A DNA stretch of 64,000 bases from Minisyncoccota bacterium (GTDB lineage: Bacteria > Patescibacteriota > Minisyncoccia > UBA6257 > XYB1-36-10), in assembly GCA_041651415.1 (NCBI GenBank), contig JBAZJH010000002.1:111075-175074 (forward strand), written 5' to 3'. A program made the translations under genes and the position numbers. Below are positions 47,515 through 56,708 of the stretch, in pieces. The notes under the pieces are model-generated. The model worked only from the letters and a program-made list of their open reading frames with translations. It was not told the origin of the DNA and did no database searches. Numbering within the stretch: position 1 is the first letter of the stretch; each line of letters begins with the position of its first letter.

Positions 47515-49049
47515 CTTATTATGTATTTTAGCAGACTTTGTCCGGTCATATCGTTCGGTTTTTCCACTCCCAAAAGTTCAAGAACGGTTGGAGCGACATC
47601 AGAAAGAAGACCGACAGTGGTTGATTCTTCGGAAGAGACTTCGCTTTCGCTTTTTTTTCTTTCATATTCGCGAGCTATGAGAATAAAAGGGACAGAATTT
47701 TTAGTATTTTTAGTTTCGGGTAAGCCGGTTTCCGGGTCCACCATTTCTTCGATGTTGCCGTGACTGCCGACTAAAATAACGGGAGTGTCGCTTTCCATAG
47801 CGGAACGGATAACTTTATTAACTTCGTCATCTATTATTTTGACAGTGTTTTTAGCAGCCGCGAGATTGCCGGTGTGGCCGATAATATCAAAGTTGGCATA
47901 GTTGACGACAATCAGATTAAAAACATTTTCATTAATGGATTGAATGGCGCGAGCGGTGATTTCCGAGGCGCGCATAGCGGGAAACTGTTCCTGGTGAGGG
48001 GTGCTGTTAGAAGGAACGAGAACCCGATATTCGTTTGGAAAAGGCTTTTCGTTAAAACCGTTCAGAAAATAAGTAAGAGGATAATATTTTAAAGTTTCTC
48101 CGATTTTAATTTGGGTTTTTCCCTGGTTGGAAATGATTTTTCCAAGAGGATTTTTTATGGAATCTTGAGGAAAGGCGACGGAAGCGGAAAAACCGGGGTC
48201 ATATTCGGTAAAAGTAACAAAAGAAATATCCTTGAGCGGAAGACGGGTAAATTCTTCAAATGATTTATCGATAAAAGAAGAGGCGAGCTGCCAAGAGCTG
48301 TCTTCGCTGAAGTTGAAGAAAATAACGGAATCGTTGTCTTTTATTATTTGCGGATTTTCTCCAACAAGAGACGATTCAACAAATTCATCACTTAAGTTGC
48401 GGCTGTAAGCGGACTCAAGAATTTCCGGAACACTTTTTGAAATTTTATTCTGGCCGGTTAAGGTTTTGTAAACTTTTTCAGTGCGGTCCCAGTTTTCATT
48501 TTCGTCCATAGCGTAAAAGCGGCCGGAGAGAGAAGAAACTTTGCTTGGGTCGGGAAGCTTTTTTATCAGAGCGGCGGCGGATTTAGCCGGACTATCTTTG
48601 CCGTCAGTAAACAAGTGGAGAGAGTAAGAAGCGTTTTCCGAATCGGCCATTTTAATCAAAGCTTCAAGGTGTTCAAAGGAAGAATCAATATTAGAAGAGC
48701 TTAAAAGTCCGACGAAATGAAGACCGGCATTTTTTTCTTTGGCGGATTTTATAGCTTCGAGAATTTTTTCATTTTTAAAAAATTCGCCGCTTTTTATAAA
48801 GAGAGAGATGCGGGGATATGATTGATAAATAATTTTTCCAGCGCCAATCGAGAGATGGCCGATTTCACTATTGCCCGGTTCTCCCCAAGGGAGGCCGACG
48901 GCAATGCCGGCAGATTGAAGGGAGCCACCCGGAAAATTTCTTTTTAAATATTCAAGGGTTTTGGGATCGGCTGAGTGGAGAGGGTTGTTTTCTTCCCTTT
49001 TTCCGACACCCCAACCGTCTAAGATTAAAAGAACAAGATTTTTTTTCAT
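47511..49049 (-). CDS. gpmI: 2,3-bisphosphoglycerate-independent phosphoglycerate mutase
   Basis: LLILDGWGVGKREENNPLHSADPKTLEYL... and metal-binding Ser/His/Asp motifs. Confidence 0.9.
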   Translation of the reverse strand: MKKNLVLLILDGWGVGKREENNPLHSADPKTLEYLKRNFPGGSLQSAGIAVGLPWGEPGNSEIGHLSIGAGKIIYQSYPRISLFIKSGEFFKNEKILEAIKSAKEKNAGLHFVGLLSSSNIDSSFEHLEALIKMADSENASYSLHLFTDGKDSPAKSAAALIKKLPDPSKVSSLSGRFYAMDENENWDRTEKVYKTLTGQNKISKSVPEILESAYSRNLSDEFVESSLVGENPQIIKDNDSVIFFNFSEDSSWQLASSFIDKSFEEFTRLPLKDISFVTFTEYDPGFSASVAFPQDSIKNPLGKIISNQGKTQIKIGETLKYYPLTYFLNGFNEKPFPNEYRVLVPSNSTPHQEQFPAMRASEITARAIQSINENVFNLIVVNYANFDIIGHTGNLAAAKNTVKIIDDEVNKVIRSAMESDTPVILVGSHGNIEEMVDPETGLPETKNTKNSVPFILIAREYERKKSESEVSSEESTTVGLLSDVAPTVLELLGVEKPNDMTGQSLLKYIIR

Positions 49050-49336
49050 AAATTGCCGATTTTTGACAAGAAGGGAATAATTAGTATATTATTATTGTAT
49101 CATATTTTAAAAGAGTCATTTTGAAAAAAGAAATTAAACGAGCTTCTTAGCTTGCGGTTTCTGGAAAAAAAATAAATTTATGTTTTTTGCAAGGAATTCT
49201 TTAAAGCAATTTTTAACCTTACTAAAAAAGGAAAAAAGAGCTGCTTTTAAAAAAGTTTTAAACTTCATAGGAGGGCGAAATTAAACATTTTCTTATTTTT
49301 ATCTTTCAGAAAAACGCTTAAGGGGCGCTAAATTTT

Positions 49337-50866
49337 ATGATTTTAGAAAATAACTTGGTTTTTTTGGCGGGGCTGGCGGCGGTTTCGGCGATAATCGGAT
49401 TTTTTCTTAACCGGCTGATTTCTATTTATTTGACGGGAACGGCGGAACAGACGGCAAAAAAGAGAATAGAGGAGGCGCAGACAAACGCGCAAGATTTGGT
49501 TTTAAAAGCCAAAGAAAAGGCAGTGCAGATTTTAGAAGAGGCAAAGGAGGAGGAAAGGGTGAAAAAGGCCCAGCTTGATAAAATGGAAGAAAGGATTTTA
49601 AAGAAAGAAGACCAGTTGGAAGAAGGAACAAAAGAAGTGGAAAAACAGAAAGTGAAAATAGTTCAGGATGTGGAAAAGTTGAAATTGGCCAAACAGCAGA
49701 TAGAAGAAATGAAAGGAAGAGTGGCGGAGGAATTAGAAAAGGCGGCGGGAATGAAGAGAGAGGAGGCGAAAGAAAAATTAATGAAAGAGATAAGAGAAGC
49801 AAGTCGAGAAGATTTGGCGATATTGTCGCAAAAACTAGAAAAAGAAAGAAGAGAGGAAATAGAAAAAAAGAGTTTGGAAATCATAACTTCTTCAATTCAG
49901 AGATACGCAAGGTCAAATATTTCGGAGATGACAACAAGCGTTTATCATTTGCCGGACGAGGATTTAAAGGGAAAAATCATCGGACGGGAAGGGAGAAATA
50001 TAAGAACAATAGAGAGAATGACCGGAGTGGAGTTGATAGTTGATGAAGCGCCGGACAGCGTGGTGCTTTCTTCTTATGACCCGATGCGAAGAGAAATAGC
50101 GAGAATAGCTCTTGATAAACTTTTAAAGGATGGAAGAATACAGCCGGCAAAAATAGAAGAGAAAGTGGAAGAAGCCAAGCAAGAACTGGCAAAAAGAATG
50201 CAGGAAAAGGGAGAAGAAGCGGCTCTTGAGGTGGGGGTTTATGATTTGCCGAAAGAAATAATCCAGCTGCTCGGAAGATTATATTTCAGAACAAGTTATG
50301 GGCAGAATGTTTTGAATCATTCAGTGGAAATGGCGCATATCGCGAGAATGATTGCGTCAGAGCTTGGATTAAACGCGGAGATAACCAAAAAGGCGGCTTT
50401 GCTTCACGATATTGGGAAAGCGATAGACCACGAAGTGGAAGGAACGCACGTGGAAATCGGAAGAAAGATATTGAAAAAATACAATATAGACGAACAAGTG
50501 ATCAGAGCGATGGAATCGCATCACGATGATTATCCATATTCTGTGCCGGAAGCTTTTGTGGTGGCTGCGGCAGACGCCTTATCGGCGGCAAGGCCGGGAG
50601 CAAGAAGAGAGACGGTAGAGAACTTTATAAAGCGGTTGGAAGAATTAGAGCAAGTGGCTAAGAGCTTTAACGGAGTGCGCGATGTTTACGCTATTTCAGC
50701 AGGAAGAGAGCTGAGAGTGTTTGTGATTCCGGAAAAAATAGACGATTTTGGAGCGCTGACACTGGCAAGAGATATCGCTAAAAAAATAGAATCAGAGCTT
50801 AAATATCCGGGAGAAATAAAAGTGAATGTAATAAGGGAGATGAGAGCGGTGGAATACGCAAAATAA
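49337..50866 (+). CDS. rny: ribonuclease Y
   Basis: N-terminal TM helix, coiled-coil, KH domain (GKIIGREGRNIRTIE) and HD domain (LLHDIGKA...H). Confidence 0.9.
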   Translation: MILENNLVFLAGLAAVSAIIGFFLNRLISIYLTGTAEQTAKKRIEEAQTNAQDLVLKAKEKAVQILEEAKEEERVKKAQLDKMEERILKKEDQLEEGTKEVEKQKVKIVQDVEKLKLAKQQIEEMKGRVAEELEKAAGMKREEAKEKLMKEIREASREDLAILSQKLEKERREEIEKKSLEIITSSIQRYARSNISEMTTSVYHLPDEDLKGKIIGREGRNIRTIERMTGVELIVDEAPDSVVLSSYDPMRREIARIALDKLLKDGRIQPAKIEEKVEEAKQELAKRMQEKGEEAALEVGVYDLPKEIIQLLGRLYFRTSYGQNVLNHSVEMAHIARMIASELGLNAEITKKAALLHDIGKAIDHEVEGTHVEIGRKILKKYNIDEQVIRAMESHHDDYPYSVPEAFVVAAADALSAARPGARRETVENFIKRLEELEQVAKSFNGVRDVYAISAGRELRVFVIPEKIDDFGALTLARDIAKKIESELKYPGEIKVNVIREMRAVEYAK

Positions 50867-51097
50867 GAGAAGAAAATCATTTAATTTTTACTGGTAGAAA
50901 GTTAAATAAAAGAGGAGGGTGGGGTGATAATATTGCCCCGATAAAATACGGGGTAAATATTTTTCTTTGTAAAAAAGACCGTTTGGATTTTAAGGTTTTT
51001 GAGGAATTTGGCTTTTTTATTCAGGAAATGCTATAATCAAGCCATAATTAGAAAAGCAGGAAAGGTCGTTTTAGCTTTTAAACTTTAAAATTTCTCA

Positions 51098-51373
51098 ATG
51101 AATAAGGAAAAATTGGTTGATGTAGTAATGGAGGCGGCGGGACTGGAAACAAGAACTTCCGCCAAAACCGCGGTTGACGCTGTTTTTGACGCTATCACAA
51201 AGGAACTCTCAAACGGAGAGGAGGTAGCGATCGCCGGCTTTGGAACTTTCAAAGCTTCAAAGAGAGCTGCAAGAATGGGAGTAAATCCCAAAACTGGAGC
51301 AAAAATCCAGATTGCGGCGACAACAGTTCCGAAATTCAAAGCTGGAAAAGCTTTGAAGGATGCAGTAAAGTAA
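51098..51373 (+). CDS. hup: DNA-binding protein HU
   Basis: MNKEKLVDVVMEAAGL...GFGTFKASKRAARMGVNPKTGAKIQIAA... canonical HU beta-arm. Confidence 0.85.
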   Translation: MNKEKLVDVVMEAAGLETRTSAKTAVDAVFDAITKELSNGEEVAIAGFGTFKASKRAARMGVNPKTGAKIQIAATTVPKFKAGKALKDAVK

Positions 51374-51400
51374 ACGAAAAATTAGGCAAACTAATAAAAA

Positions 51401-51432
51401 ATTCCTCCGCTTTAGACGGAGGAATTTTTTTA
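51401..51432 (+). terminator. intrinsic terminator after hup
   Basis: attcctccg-ctttaga-cggaggaat followed by TTTTTTTAT. Confidence 0.6.
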
Positions 51433-51439
51433 TAAAAAG

Positions 51440-52342
51440 TTAAAAACCTAATATTTTTTCAACGGACTTACTGACTTTAAAAAAATCCTGATAAGCTTCT
51501 TTTATTTTATCAAGTGATTCTTTGATAAGCTTATCGGCAAATTCTTTTTCTTCTTCCGGTTTCACTTCTTCTTTTTCTTCAGTTTTTTCGGATGTTTCTT
51601 TATCTTCCCCTTTTACTTCTTGGTTAGAAATTAAAGCATCGGGAGTGGAAGTGGCAGATGTCTCTTCAATAAACTTTTTAAAGTCTTCATTAATTAAAGA
51701 ATAAGCTTTGTTGTTCAGTTCTGAAGCGGCGCTTATTTTTTTAGATGAGCTTGAAAGAAGGTTATTTATTTCTTTATTTTCGATAGAAAGCATTTTCTTA
51801 AGAGAAGAGGAAATTTTAGCCAGCCGGACTTCGGCAGTTCCAATAATATTTTTTTGTTTGAAGAAATAAGTAAAATTCACCACTTTTTTAATAAGGGGAG
51901 AATAAACATTTTGGCGCCAATCAAGAATCTCTTTGGCAAGTTCTTTTATTTTTTCCCGGTCGTCTTTTATTTCTTTAAAGACGTTATTTTTTTCTTCAAA
52001 AAATTTGAAAAACTCATCTATTTTCAGGAGAAAAACTTCTCTTATTTTTCCATCTTCATCTCCCAGTTTTTTGAGGTTGTTAAGTTCCGATTTTATTTCT
52101 TCCAGCTCTTTTCCGGAGCAAGAGATAATGGAATCAAGAAGAATTTTTTTAGCTTCAAATTCAAGGTCGGATTTTTTCTCTTCGGAAAGCTTAAGGTCAT
52201 CTTTAACAAGAAGAAGATTGTTTAATTTTTCTTCAATTTGTTCATTGCAGGTTTTTTCAGCAGCCAAGGCGGTAAAATTTGAAAAAGAAAACAAACCAAG
52301 AATAGCAAGTAATAAAGAAGAAGTTTTAATTATTTTTCGCAT
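51440..52342 (-). CDS. secreted coiled-coil protein, hypothetical (signal peptide)
   Basis: N-terminal MRKIIKTSSLLLAILGLFSFSNFTALAAE; highly charged helical repeats. Confidence 0.45.
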   Translation of the reverse strand: MRKIIKTSSLLLAILGLFSFSNFTALAAEKTCNEQIEEKLNNLLLVKDDLKLSEEKKSDLEFEAKKILLDSIISCSGKELEEIKSELNNLKKLGDEDGKIREVFLLKIDEFFKFFEEKNNVFKEIKDDREKIKELAKEILDWRQNVYSPLIKKVVNFTYFFKQKNIIGTAEVRLAKISSSLKKMLSIENKEINNLLSSSSKKISAASELNNKAYSLINEDFKKFIEETSATSTPDALISNQEVKGEDKETSEKTEEKEEVKPEEEKEFADKLIKESLDKIKEAYQDFFKVSKSVEKILGF

Positions 52343-52346
52343 TAGT

Positions 52347-52826
52347 TTAATCTAAAATTTCGCTTAAAGCTTTATCGATGTTTTTGCCGGTCGGATCTTC
52401 CAGTTTAAGAAGATTTGTTTCTTTATCCAAAATGACTTCTTCAAAATAAACAGGGTCGTCTTTAATGGTTTGGTTTAAGGCGGTTTTAACAGTTTGGTTG
52501 GATTCTTGATAATAAGCGAGTTTAGAGATGTTGACATCAATGCCTAAGCTTTCCGCTTCGGCTTCAAGTGTTTTGAGGTCAAGGCCGGCAATAACCATTG
52601 GAAGATTTGATTTTTCGAGATAGTTAAATCCGCCAAGAATAAGAACAATAAGAGCGGCAGTCAGGGAAGTAGCGGTTAAGTATCTGAAAATTTCAGAAAC
52701 TTGGCTGGGCATCCAGTAAATAAGTTTTCTATTGGAGGAAAGCACTAAAAAGCGGGACTTCTCGGAAAAGTTTTTGTCAGGAATAATGCTTTTTAAGCTT
52801 TTAAGTTGTTCAATTATTTTCTCCAT
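52347..52826 (-). CDS. putative membrane-spanning anti-sigma factor
   Basis: Single TM helix; overlaps the stop of the upstream ECF sigma gene. Confidence 0.4.
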   Translation of the reverse strand: MEKIIEQLKSLKSIIPDKNFSEKSRFLVLSSNRKLIYWMPSQVSEIFRYLTATSLTAALIVLILGGFNYLEKSNLPMVIAGLDLKTLEAEAESLGIDVNISKLAYYQESNQTVKTALNQTIKDDPVYFEEVILDKETNLLKLEDPTGKNIDKALSEILD

Positions 52827-53364
52827 TTTCTTCTTTTAGAATTTTCTTTAATTTGTTTACGGCTCTAAATTGAATAAGTTTTACCGCGCCGATACTTTTA
52901 TCAAGAGCAAGAGCAACTTCTTTTATGGGCAGGTCTTCAACAAAGCGCATAATCAGGACATCTTGCTGTTCTTCGGTTATTTTAGCCATCGCATTCCTTA
53001 TTCTCTCAAGTTCCATTGATTTTTCAGCAAGCAGTTCTGGAAAGGAAGAACTTTCGATAGCATTTTCGTCCATAGATTCAAAACTGGAAACCGGTTTTTT
53101 TGAGCGATAATAATCAATAACTTTATTTTTCGCTATTTTATAAAGCCAGCTGGAAAAAGGAACTTCTTTTATTCTGAAACTTTTTATATTCTGCCAAGCG
53201 CTTAAAAAAACCTGGTGAGTAATATCTTCTGATTCTTCTCTATTGCCTACTTTGAGAAAAATAAAACGATAAATTCTTGGCTGGTGAAAGTCGTAAAGTT
53301 CTCCAAAACTTTCCCTTTTTCCGGCACAAGCTTGCCTTATTAGATTTTCTTCTTTTTCTATCAT
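52810..53364 (-). CDS. ECF-type RNA polymerase sigma-70 factor
   Basis: Region 2 (RIYRFIFLKVGNREESEDITHQVFLSAWQNIKSF) and region 4 HTH (LPIKEVALALDKSIGAVKLIQFRAVNKL); start placed at the MIEKEENL Met. Confidence 0.75.
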   Translation of the reverse strand: MIEKEENLIRQACAGKRESFGELYDFHQPRIYRFIFLKVGNREESEDITHQVFLSAWQNIKSFRIKEVPFSSWLYKIAKNKVIDYYRSKKPVSSFESMDENAIESSSFPELLAEKSMELERIRNAMAKITEEQQDVLIMRFVEDLPIKEVALALDKSIGAVKLIQFRAVNKLKKILKEENGENN

Positions 53365-53472
53365 ATTACAACGATTTTTTAAGGGATAAGTTACCCAAAA
53401 GAACCGATAAAATGCTCTAAAACACAAGATTATTTAAAGAGAGAGCAAGTTTTCCAAGTGGAAACATTAAGA

Positions 53473-53760
53473 TTATTGTTTATCAATTTCTTGAGAAAAA
53501 TCATCAAGAGAAGAGGACTCGGATTCAAGGTCGCTAAATATGTCTTTTACTGAACCAGTTTGCGGCTTGGAGTTATCAATTTTTTCGTTTTGGTTATCAT
53601 TTAGACTCTTTTTTTCGGAATTAGTTATGGGTTCTGCCAAATTGGCATTTTCCTCCGGAGCGGGAGTTTGGGATTTAATGAGATAATGAACAAAAAAAAC
53701 TATAAAAATGATAGCTAAAACAATGGAAAGAGTCCAAAAGATATTTATTTTTTTAGGCAT
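53473..53760 (-). CDS. small membrane protein, hypothetical
   Basis: N-terminal TM helix; low-complexity C-terminus. Confidence 0.3.
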   Translation of the reverse strand: MPKKINIFWTLSIVLAIIFIVFFVHYLIKSQTPAPEENANLAEPITNSEKKSLNDNQNEKIDNSKPQTGSVKDIFSDLESESSSLDDFSQEIDKQ

Positions 53761-53918
53761 AGACGATTAAAGCACAAAATACAAATTTAAAATGACAAAT
53801 ATTAATAAAAAACGATGTTTTTATTATACAACGGCAATTTAAGAATTACTAACAAAAAAGCAAATTGAGGAAAACAATCTAATTTATATATAACCAGAGA
53901 AAAATAAAAGAATAATCT

Positions 53919-53992
53919 TGGAGCGGGATACGGGAATCGAACCCGCGTCTTCTGCTTGGAAGGCAGGCGCACTGCCACTGTGCTAATCCCGC
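53919..53992 (-). tRNA. tRNA-Gly (anticodon TCC), CCA encoded
   Basis: Reverse complement GCGGGAT-TA-GCAC-AGTGGCA-GTGC-G-CCTGC-CTTCCAA-GCAGA-AGAC-GCGGG-TTCGATT-CCCGT-ATCCCGC-T-CCA. Confidence 0.9.
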
Positions 53993-54104
53993 TTTTTTCT
54001 TGATATTAAAGATAATACTTTGATTTTTTTTATAAAGCAAGAGCTTAAAAGAAGCTTTTTAGCAAGATTGATTATTTTTTTGAAAGGAGATAAGATGCTT
54101 CAAG

Positions 54105-54713
54105 ATGAATATGCGGTTTTTTGATTTTCCGAACAAAATTAAATTTCCGGCTTTGTTTATTGCCATAATTCTTTTGGCTTATTTGTTTTGGAGAATAGTT
54201 TTAGTCGGAGGGTCTTTTGTGCCAAAGGAATTTTTAGAAGCAAATCAGCAAGGAGCTTTAATAGCCACTCAAATAGTGGATTTTTCAAAAAAATCGGTTA
54301 GCAATATTGATAAAATCAATGATTTAGACAGAGAGGAAAATTATTCCGAGGCGCTCAATCTGATTATGGAAGAAATAAGCAGAAACGAAGAGATGAAAAA
54401 AGAAGCTTATAATCTTTCGTTTGAATTGGCTAAAATGGCGGAAACTTTAAAAGAAATAAAACCGAAAGTGGCAACGGAAACAGCTTTGCGAGGAATAAAT
54501 TATGAAACTTCTTTAATAATCCGGTTGATAAACTACAACGCTTTTATGGGAAATCTATTAATAACTTTGAGAGATAAATTTACGGGGAAGATGGTGGAGG
54601 AAGGAAAAGTGGGAGAGATAATCAAAAAAATAAACGACGAGGCGACGGCGATAAATGATTTAAACGAACAGTATAAGGCGGCGATGAATGAGTTTGATGA
54701 GAAAATAAAATGA
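54105..54713 (+). CDS. hypothetical membrane-anchored protein (202 aa)
   Basis: N-terminal TM helix; coiled C-terminal region. Confidence 0.45.
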   Translation: MNMRFFDFPNKIKFPALFIAIILLAYLFWRIVLVGGSFVPKEFLEANQQGALIATQIVDFSKKSVSNIDKINDLDREENYSEALNLIMEEISRNEEMKKEAYNLSFELAKMAETLKEIKPKVATETALRGINYETSLIIRLINYNAFMGNLLITLRDKFTGKMVEEGKVGEIIKKINDEATAINDLNEQYKAAMNEFDEKIK

Positions 54714-54838
54714 AACTTCACGGCCTTAAGGCCGTAGAATCTTAAAGTTTCACCCCGACCAAAGTCGGGTTTTATTAAATCTTTACCGCGAAAACTTCTA
54801 AACTGACATGCGGGGTTTGAAGCTGAGATTTAATAAAA
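54712..54838 (+). repeat. copy D of the ~125-bp MITE/REP-like repeat, followed by a CTCCGA-type terminator (54841-54868)
   Basis: GAAACTTCACGGCCTTAAGGCCGTAGAATCTTAAAGTTTCACCCCGACCAAAGTCGGGTTTTATTAAATCTTTACCGCG...GAGATTTAATAAAAG. Confidence 0.7.
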
Positions 54839-54871
54839 GATCCTCCGATACAATCGGAGGATCTTTTATGT

Positions 54872-55208
54872 TGGTGCCGCGAGAGGGAATCGAACCCCCG
54901 ACACGATGCTCTTCCAAATAATGAATCTCAAATTACTTTGAGGATTGGACTATATCATCACCCATATAAATGGGGCTAGGCGCTTCCTCCAACCTAACGT
55001 CGGAGTACTCCGTTAAGGATAGTCTCTGAACCTTTCTAGCTCCAGTTCATAAAAAAACTGGGGCTGGACTTGGCTGCTGATTGCCCAGCTTCAGTTTTTA
55101 AAAAAACTGAAGCTGGGTTTCCAGCAATTCACCTAGTTTTCATTTCCAAATTACTTCGGAACGGCCCAAAGAGTTTAGGCATCTGCTCTACCACTGAGCT
55201 ACCGCGGC
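54872..55208 (-). tRNA. tRNA-Phe (anticodon GAA) interrupted by a group I intron in the anticodon loop; exons at 55177-55208 and 54872-54914
   Basis: 5' exon GCCGCGGTAGCTCAGTGGTAGAGCAGATGCCT and 3' exon GAAGAGCATCGTGTCGGGGGTTCGATTCCCTCTCGCGGCACCA join to a canonical tRNA-Phe (loop CUGAAGA, variable loop GUGUC). Confidence 0.7.
54915..55176 (-). ncRNA. group I self-splicing intron (262 nt) within tRNA-Phe
   Basis: 5' splice after U33, with exon GCCU pairing to a GGGC internal guide near the intron start. The intron ends in G. The core contains CAGAGACTA ... ATATAGTCC, matching the P7 strands of characterized group I introns (cf. Tetrahymena CAGAGACUA / AUAUAGUC). Confidence 0.65.
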
Positions 55209-55258
55209 TAACAAAAAAAGCTTATAATATTTTTCAAATCTATTCAATACTTAATAAA

Positions 55259-55288
55259 ATAAAACTTATTTGTCGGGCTGCTGGGAAT
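55259..55288 (-). repeat. duplicated 3' fragment of tRNA-Pro plus flank (direct repeat of 55401-55430)
   Basis: TAAAACTTATTTGTCGGGCTGCTGGGAATT occurs twice, 112 bp apart; the second copy is the genuine 3' end of tRNA-Pro. Confidence 0.5.
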
Positions 55289-55415
55289 TTCACTACTCCT
55301 CGCCTACGGCTCGTGCGTTTTAAAACCCCTCGGTTTTAATATTTCCGCTACGGGAAAACTCCCGTTTTCCCGACCCCTTTCCCGTTCAATTCCCTAAATA
55401 AGTAAAACTTATTTG

Positions 55416-55486
55416 TCGGGCTGCTGGGAATTGAACCCAGTCTGCTTGCTCCCAAAGCAAGTGTACTACCGGTATACGACAGCCCG
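55416..55486 (-). tRNA. tRNA-Pro (anticodon TGG)
   Basis: Reverse complement CGGGCTG-TC-GTAT...anticodon stem CTTGC/GCAAG with loop TTTGGGA, T-arm CTGGG-TTCAATT-CCCAG, acceptor CAGCCCG, discriminator A. Confidence 0.85.
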
Positions 55487-55559
55487 TTTCAAGACTCACT
55501 CTAACAAAAAATTGCTTGCGAAACAAGCAGTAAAATGATAAATTATAATCGTTAAATTT

Positions 55560-55631
55560 GCCCCCGTAGCTCAATGGATAGAGCAGTAGCCTTCTAAGCT
55601 ACTGATGAGGGTCCGATTCCTTCCGGGGGTA
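55560..55631 (+). tRNA. tRNA-Arg (anticodon TCT)
   Basis: GCCCCCG-TA-GCTC-AATGGAT-AGAGC-A-GTAGC-CTTCTAA-GCTAC-TGAT-GAGGG-TCCGATT-CCTTC-CGGGGGT-A; terminator hairpin at 55634-55662. Confidence 0.85.
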
Positions 55632-55949
55632 CAAAAAATCCCGAAATTATTTTCGGGATTCAACAGGGAGAGAAAAAATTTTGCATTCAGTTTTTTTATT
55701 TTTTTCGTTTGGTTTTTCCTGAAGAATGTGGCGGATTTTTGGTCGGCCGAATTTGGGGCTTGAAGGAAGCGAATAGACGGTTGCTTTTAAGCCGAGTGTT
55801 CGATCTCTGAAGTGAAGTATAAAAAGTTTTTCCATTTTTTCTCCTTATTTTAAGAGCTGATTTTTTTATACAGGTTTTGAGAAACAAAAGCAAATTTAAA
55901 AATTGACCGAAGGAGATTTTTAAGATAGGATTTTAAAGAAAATTAAGAT

Positions 55950-56022
55950 GGTGCCTATAGTTTAACGGTTAGAACTTCCCCCTGTGGAGGGGACGGTTCG
56001 GGTTCGATTCCCGATAGGCACC
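55950..56022 (+). tRNA. tRNA-His (anticodon GTG) with G-1:C73
   Basis: G-1 + GTGCCTA acceptor paired to TAGGCAC, anticodon stem TCCCC/GGGGA with loop CTGTGGA, T-arm TCGGG-TTCGATT-CCCGA, discriminator C. Confidence 0.85.
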
Positions 56023-56174
56023 CTAGGTTCTAATGATATTAAGTTAGGGGGAAAAATTGGGCGAGGTTGGAAATTAAATATATTTTAGAAGAACTCAGGA
56101 TTGATTGACAAGTTTGGTTTTATTTTGTATTTTGTAATCAGAAAAGTTGAAAACTAAATAAAGGAGAGAAGGGG

Positions 56175-56510
56175 ATGGCTGAGATAATTGAGTTGTTTAA
56201 GAAAAAAGATGAAGAACCTGCTTCTGAAAAAGATTCCAAAAGAGAAGATTTGCCTGGGTATTTTCCTTGTCTTAATGACTTTTTTGCGTTAAAGGAAGGA
56301 ATTGAACCAGAAAAAATGGATTTAATAAGAAATTTAAAAGGAAGTTGCGGAATTTCGGAGTCTTCTTTAAATGGCGCAAGAGCGTTAGTAGGAAAATATT
56401 CAAAGGAGGAATTGATCTCTATGATTAATAAATCTTCTGACATTCTCATAAGGTCAAAACCAGCATTTTTTATTGCGGCATACGAAAAAGTTATTTCCCG
56501 AGAAGAGTAG
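56175..56510 (+). CDS. hypothetical protein (111 aa)
   Basis: Strong RBS AAAGGAGAGAAGGGG before the ATG; no recognizable domain. Confidence 0.45.
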   Translation: MAEIIELFKKKDEEPASEKDSKREDLPGYFPCLNDFFALKEGIEPEKMDLIRNLKGSCGISESSLNGARALVGKYSKEELISMINKSSDILIRSKPAFFIAAYEKVISREE

Positions 56511-56613
56511 AAAAAGGGGAGTGTAAAAGACAAAAAATAATCCTCGCACTAAGCGGGGATTTTTATTTATATTTTTATAGAACAGGTTCTAATTTGAAGG
56601 GTTTTTGATGATA

Positions 56614-56642
56614 TTGACAAGATATGTAAAATATGCTATACT
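56614..56642 (+). promoter_or_regulatory. promoter TTGACA-17-TATACT
   Basis: Near-consensus hexamers 65 nt upstream of the 56709 ORF. Confidence 0.5.
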
Positions 56643-56708
56643 TTTAATAGCTTTTTAAAATCATTAAGATTGACTCTTAATGAAAAAACTTCTTGACGGA
56701 GGATTATC

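Noticed and set aside
51854-52355. Two plus-strand ORFs (123 and 140 aa) over the secreted coiled-coil gene
   Set aside because: Phe/Lys/Ser low-complexity antisense translations of an A/G-rich minus-strand gene.
55647-55835. 62-aa basic minus-strand ORF with a good RBS (AAGGAGA) between tRNA-Arg and tRNA-His
   Set aside because: Plausible small protein but no domain, overlaps the tRNA-Arg terminator region, and an alternative overlapping ORF (55696-55893) exists; insufficient evidence to call.
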